DNA of 64,000 nucleotides. It comes from Octopus vulgaris (Eukaryota). Positions 62,014 to 64,000 of this stretch are shown in pieces. The DNA is taken from the NCBI GenBank assembly GCA_951406725.2, contig OX597815.1:57846001-57910000 (forward strand), written 5' to 3'. Below the pieces are notes generated by a model. It was not told the origin of the DNA, did not search any database, and saw only the letters and a program-made list of their open reading frames with translations. The position numbers and the translations under genes are program-made. Each line of letters begins with the position of its first letter. Position 1 is the stretch's first letter.

Positions 62014-64000
62014 ATCATCATCATCATCATCATCGTTTAGCGTCCGTTTTCCATGCTAGCATGGGTTGGACGGGTCAACTGGGGTCTGTGAAGCTGGAAG
62101 GCTTCGTCAGGCCCAGTCAGATCTGGCAGTGTTTCTACGGCTGGATGCCCTTCCTAACGCCAACCACTCCGCGAGTGTAGTGGGTGTTTTTTACGTGCCA
62201 CCTGCACAGGTGCCAGACAGAGCTGGTGAACGGCCACGAACGGATGGTGCTTTTACGTGTCACCGGCTCGGGGCCAGGCGATGCTGGCAACGGACACGAA
62301 CGGATGGTGCTTTTACGTGCCACCGACATGGGGCCAGACAGAGCTGGCAACCGGCCACGAACGGACGGTGCTTTTACGTGTCACCGGCACGGGGGCCAGC
62401 CGAGGCTGGCAACGGATGCGAATGGATGGTGCTTTTACGTGCCACCGACACGGTTGCCAGACAGAGCTGGCAAACGGCCACGAGCGGACGGTGCTTTTAC
62501 GTGTCACCGGCACGGGGGCCAGCCGAGGCTGGCAACGGACGCGAACAGATGGTGCTTTTACGTGCCACCGACACGGTTGCCAGACAGAGCTGGCAAACGG
62601 CCACGAGCGGACGGTGCTTTTACGTGTCACCGGCACGGGGCCCAGGCGAGGCTGGCAACGGACGCGAACAGATGGTGCTTTTACGTGCCACCGACACGGT
62701 TGCCAGACAGAGCTGGCAAACGGCCACGAGCGGACGGTGCTTTTACGTGTCACCGGCACGGGGGCCAGCCGAGGCTGGCAACGGACACGGACGGATGGTG
62801 CTTTTACGTGCCACCGACACGGTTGCCAGACAGAGCTGGCAAACGGCCACGAGCGGACGGTGCTTTTACGTGTCACCGGCACGGGGGCCAGCCGAGGCTG
62901 GCAACGGACACGGACGGATGGTGCTTTTACGTGCCACCGACACGGGGCCAGACAGAGCTGGCAAATGGCCACGAACGGATGGTGCTTTTACGTGCCACCG
63001 ACACGGGGCCAGACAGAGCTGGCCCACGGCCACGAACGGACGGTGCTTTTACGTGTCACCGGCACGGGGCCAGGCGAGGCTGGCAACGAACACGAACGGA
63101 TGGTGCTTTTACATGACACCGACACGGGGCCAGGCAGAGCTGGCAAACGGCCATGAGCGAATGGTGCTTTTACGTATCACCGGCACGGGTGCCAGACGAG
63201 GCTGACAGCGGACACGAACAGATGGGTCACTTAACCCCTGCTTTCTGATATATGATTTGATTTTGATTGTTCTCACTGGTCTTGCCGGGTCTTCTCACGC
63301 ACAGCATACTTCCATAGGTCTCGGTCTCTGGTCATTTCCTTGGTGAGACCTAGAGTTCAAAGGTCGTGCTTCACCACCTCGACCCAGGTTTTCCTGGGTC
63401 TACCTCTTCCACAGGTCCCCTCAACTGCCAGGGTGTGGCACTTTTTCACACACCTATCTTCATCCATTCTCACCACATGACCATACCAGCGCAATCGTCT
63501 CTCTTGCACACAACATCTGATTCCTCTTAGGTCCAACTTTTCTCTCAAGGTACTTACACTCTGTCGACTATGAACACTGACATTACACATCCAACGGAGC
63601 ATACTAGCTTCATTTCTCGCGAGCTTACGCATGTCCTCAGCAGTCACGGCCCATATTTCACTGCCATGTAGCATGGCTGTTCATACACATGCATCATACA
63701 GTCTGCCTTTTACTCTGAGCGAGAGGCCTTTAGTCACCAACAGAGGTAAGAGCTCCCTAAACTTTGCCCAGGCTATTCTTACTCTAGCCGTTACACTTTC
63801 AGCACACCCACCCCCACTACTGACTTGGTCACCAAGATAACGGAAGCTATCAACCACTTCTAGTTTTTCCCCCTGGAAAGTGACGGAAGTTGTTTTCTGC
63901 AGATTTTCAGAGGTTAATGCTCCCGAGCATCTGCCACATACAAAAACCATCTTCCTAGTTAGCCTTCCTATGACATTGCTGCACCTCTTATGTGTCCATA
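62014..64000 (-). mobile_element. Young PHD-family RTE-like LINE running off the right edge
   Basis: C-terminal half of the finger (WTHKRC..FVCGRC), SFRYLG, HGSEIW, RLRWYGHV; (ATG)n tail at 62014-62033. Confidence 0.95.
62183..63226 (-). repeat. GC-rich tandem array of 17 units of 60-63 bp (123-bp A/B dimer in the centre) inside the LINE 3' UTR
   Basis: GGTGCTTTTAC core at about 62183, 62246, 62306, 62367, 62428, 62490, 62551, 62613, 62674, 62736, 62797, 62859, 62920, 62981, 63042, 63102 and 63163. Confidence 0.97.

Noticed and set aside
62066-63205. Repeat-protein genes (379, 310, 299 and 219-aa ORFs)
   Set aside because: Several frames are open only because the GC-rich 123-bp dimer is stop-poor and divisible by three; there is no gene context
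62183-63226. CRISPR array
   Set aside because: The sequence between cores is itself repeated (A/B alternation) rather than unique spacers. There are no cas genes, and the array sits in a eukaryotic LINE 3' UTR.
62183-63226. HDV-like, pistol or twister ribozyme in each unit
   Set aside because: GCCAG-CCUCG-CUGGC and CGUGG..CACG-UAAA look superficially similar, but I could not build the required P1/P1.1/P4 helices or catalytic cores

Overview
AT-rich, repeat-dense animal genomic DNA. The SINE and LINE families resemble those of octopus or other cephalopods, but this is inferred from memory. The one securely identified gene is a minus-strand lambda-crystallin homolog / L-gulonate 3-dehydrogenase (CRYL1). 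Five coding exons (51314 to 30618) join in frame at GT-AG sites; the short first exon was not found and probably lies beyond 64000. A second, unidentified minus-strand gene is suggested by five small exons with phase-0 junctions between 16508 and 57. Most of the rest is transposon debris: tRNA-derived SINEs, RTE-type LINEs (one family carries a PHD finger), CR1/L2-like and HERO-like LINE pieces, three Penelope-like elements, mariner, pogo, piggyBac-type and Helitron-like pieces, gypsy fragments, a solo LTR and long microsatellites. The most unusual signal is a ~61-bp module in the 3' UTR of the PHD-bearing RTE LINE. By eye it folds into a hairpin plus a compact H-type pseudoknot, varies in number between copies, and is expanded to 17 alternating units at 62.2-63.2 kb. 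Other points of note are degenerate hammerhead-like motifs, a 6.9-kb nested insertion stack, and a 3' tail shared by a LINE and the SINEs. All folds, alignments and family assignments were made by eye, and repeat boundaries are approximate.
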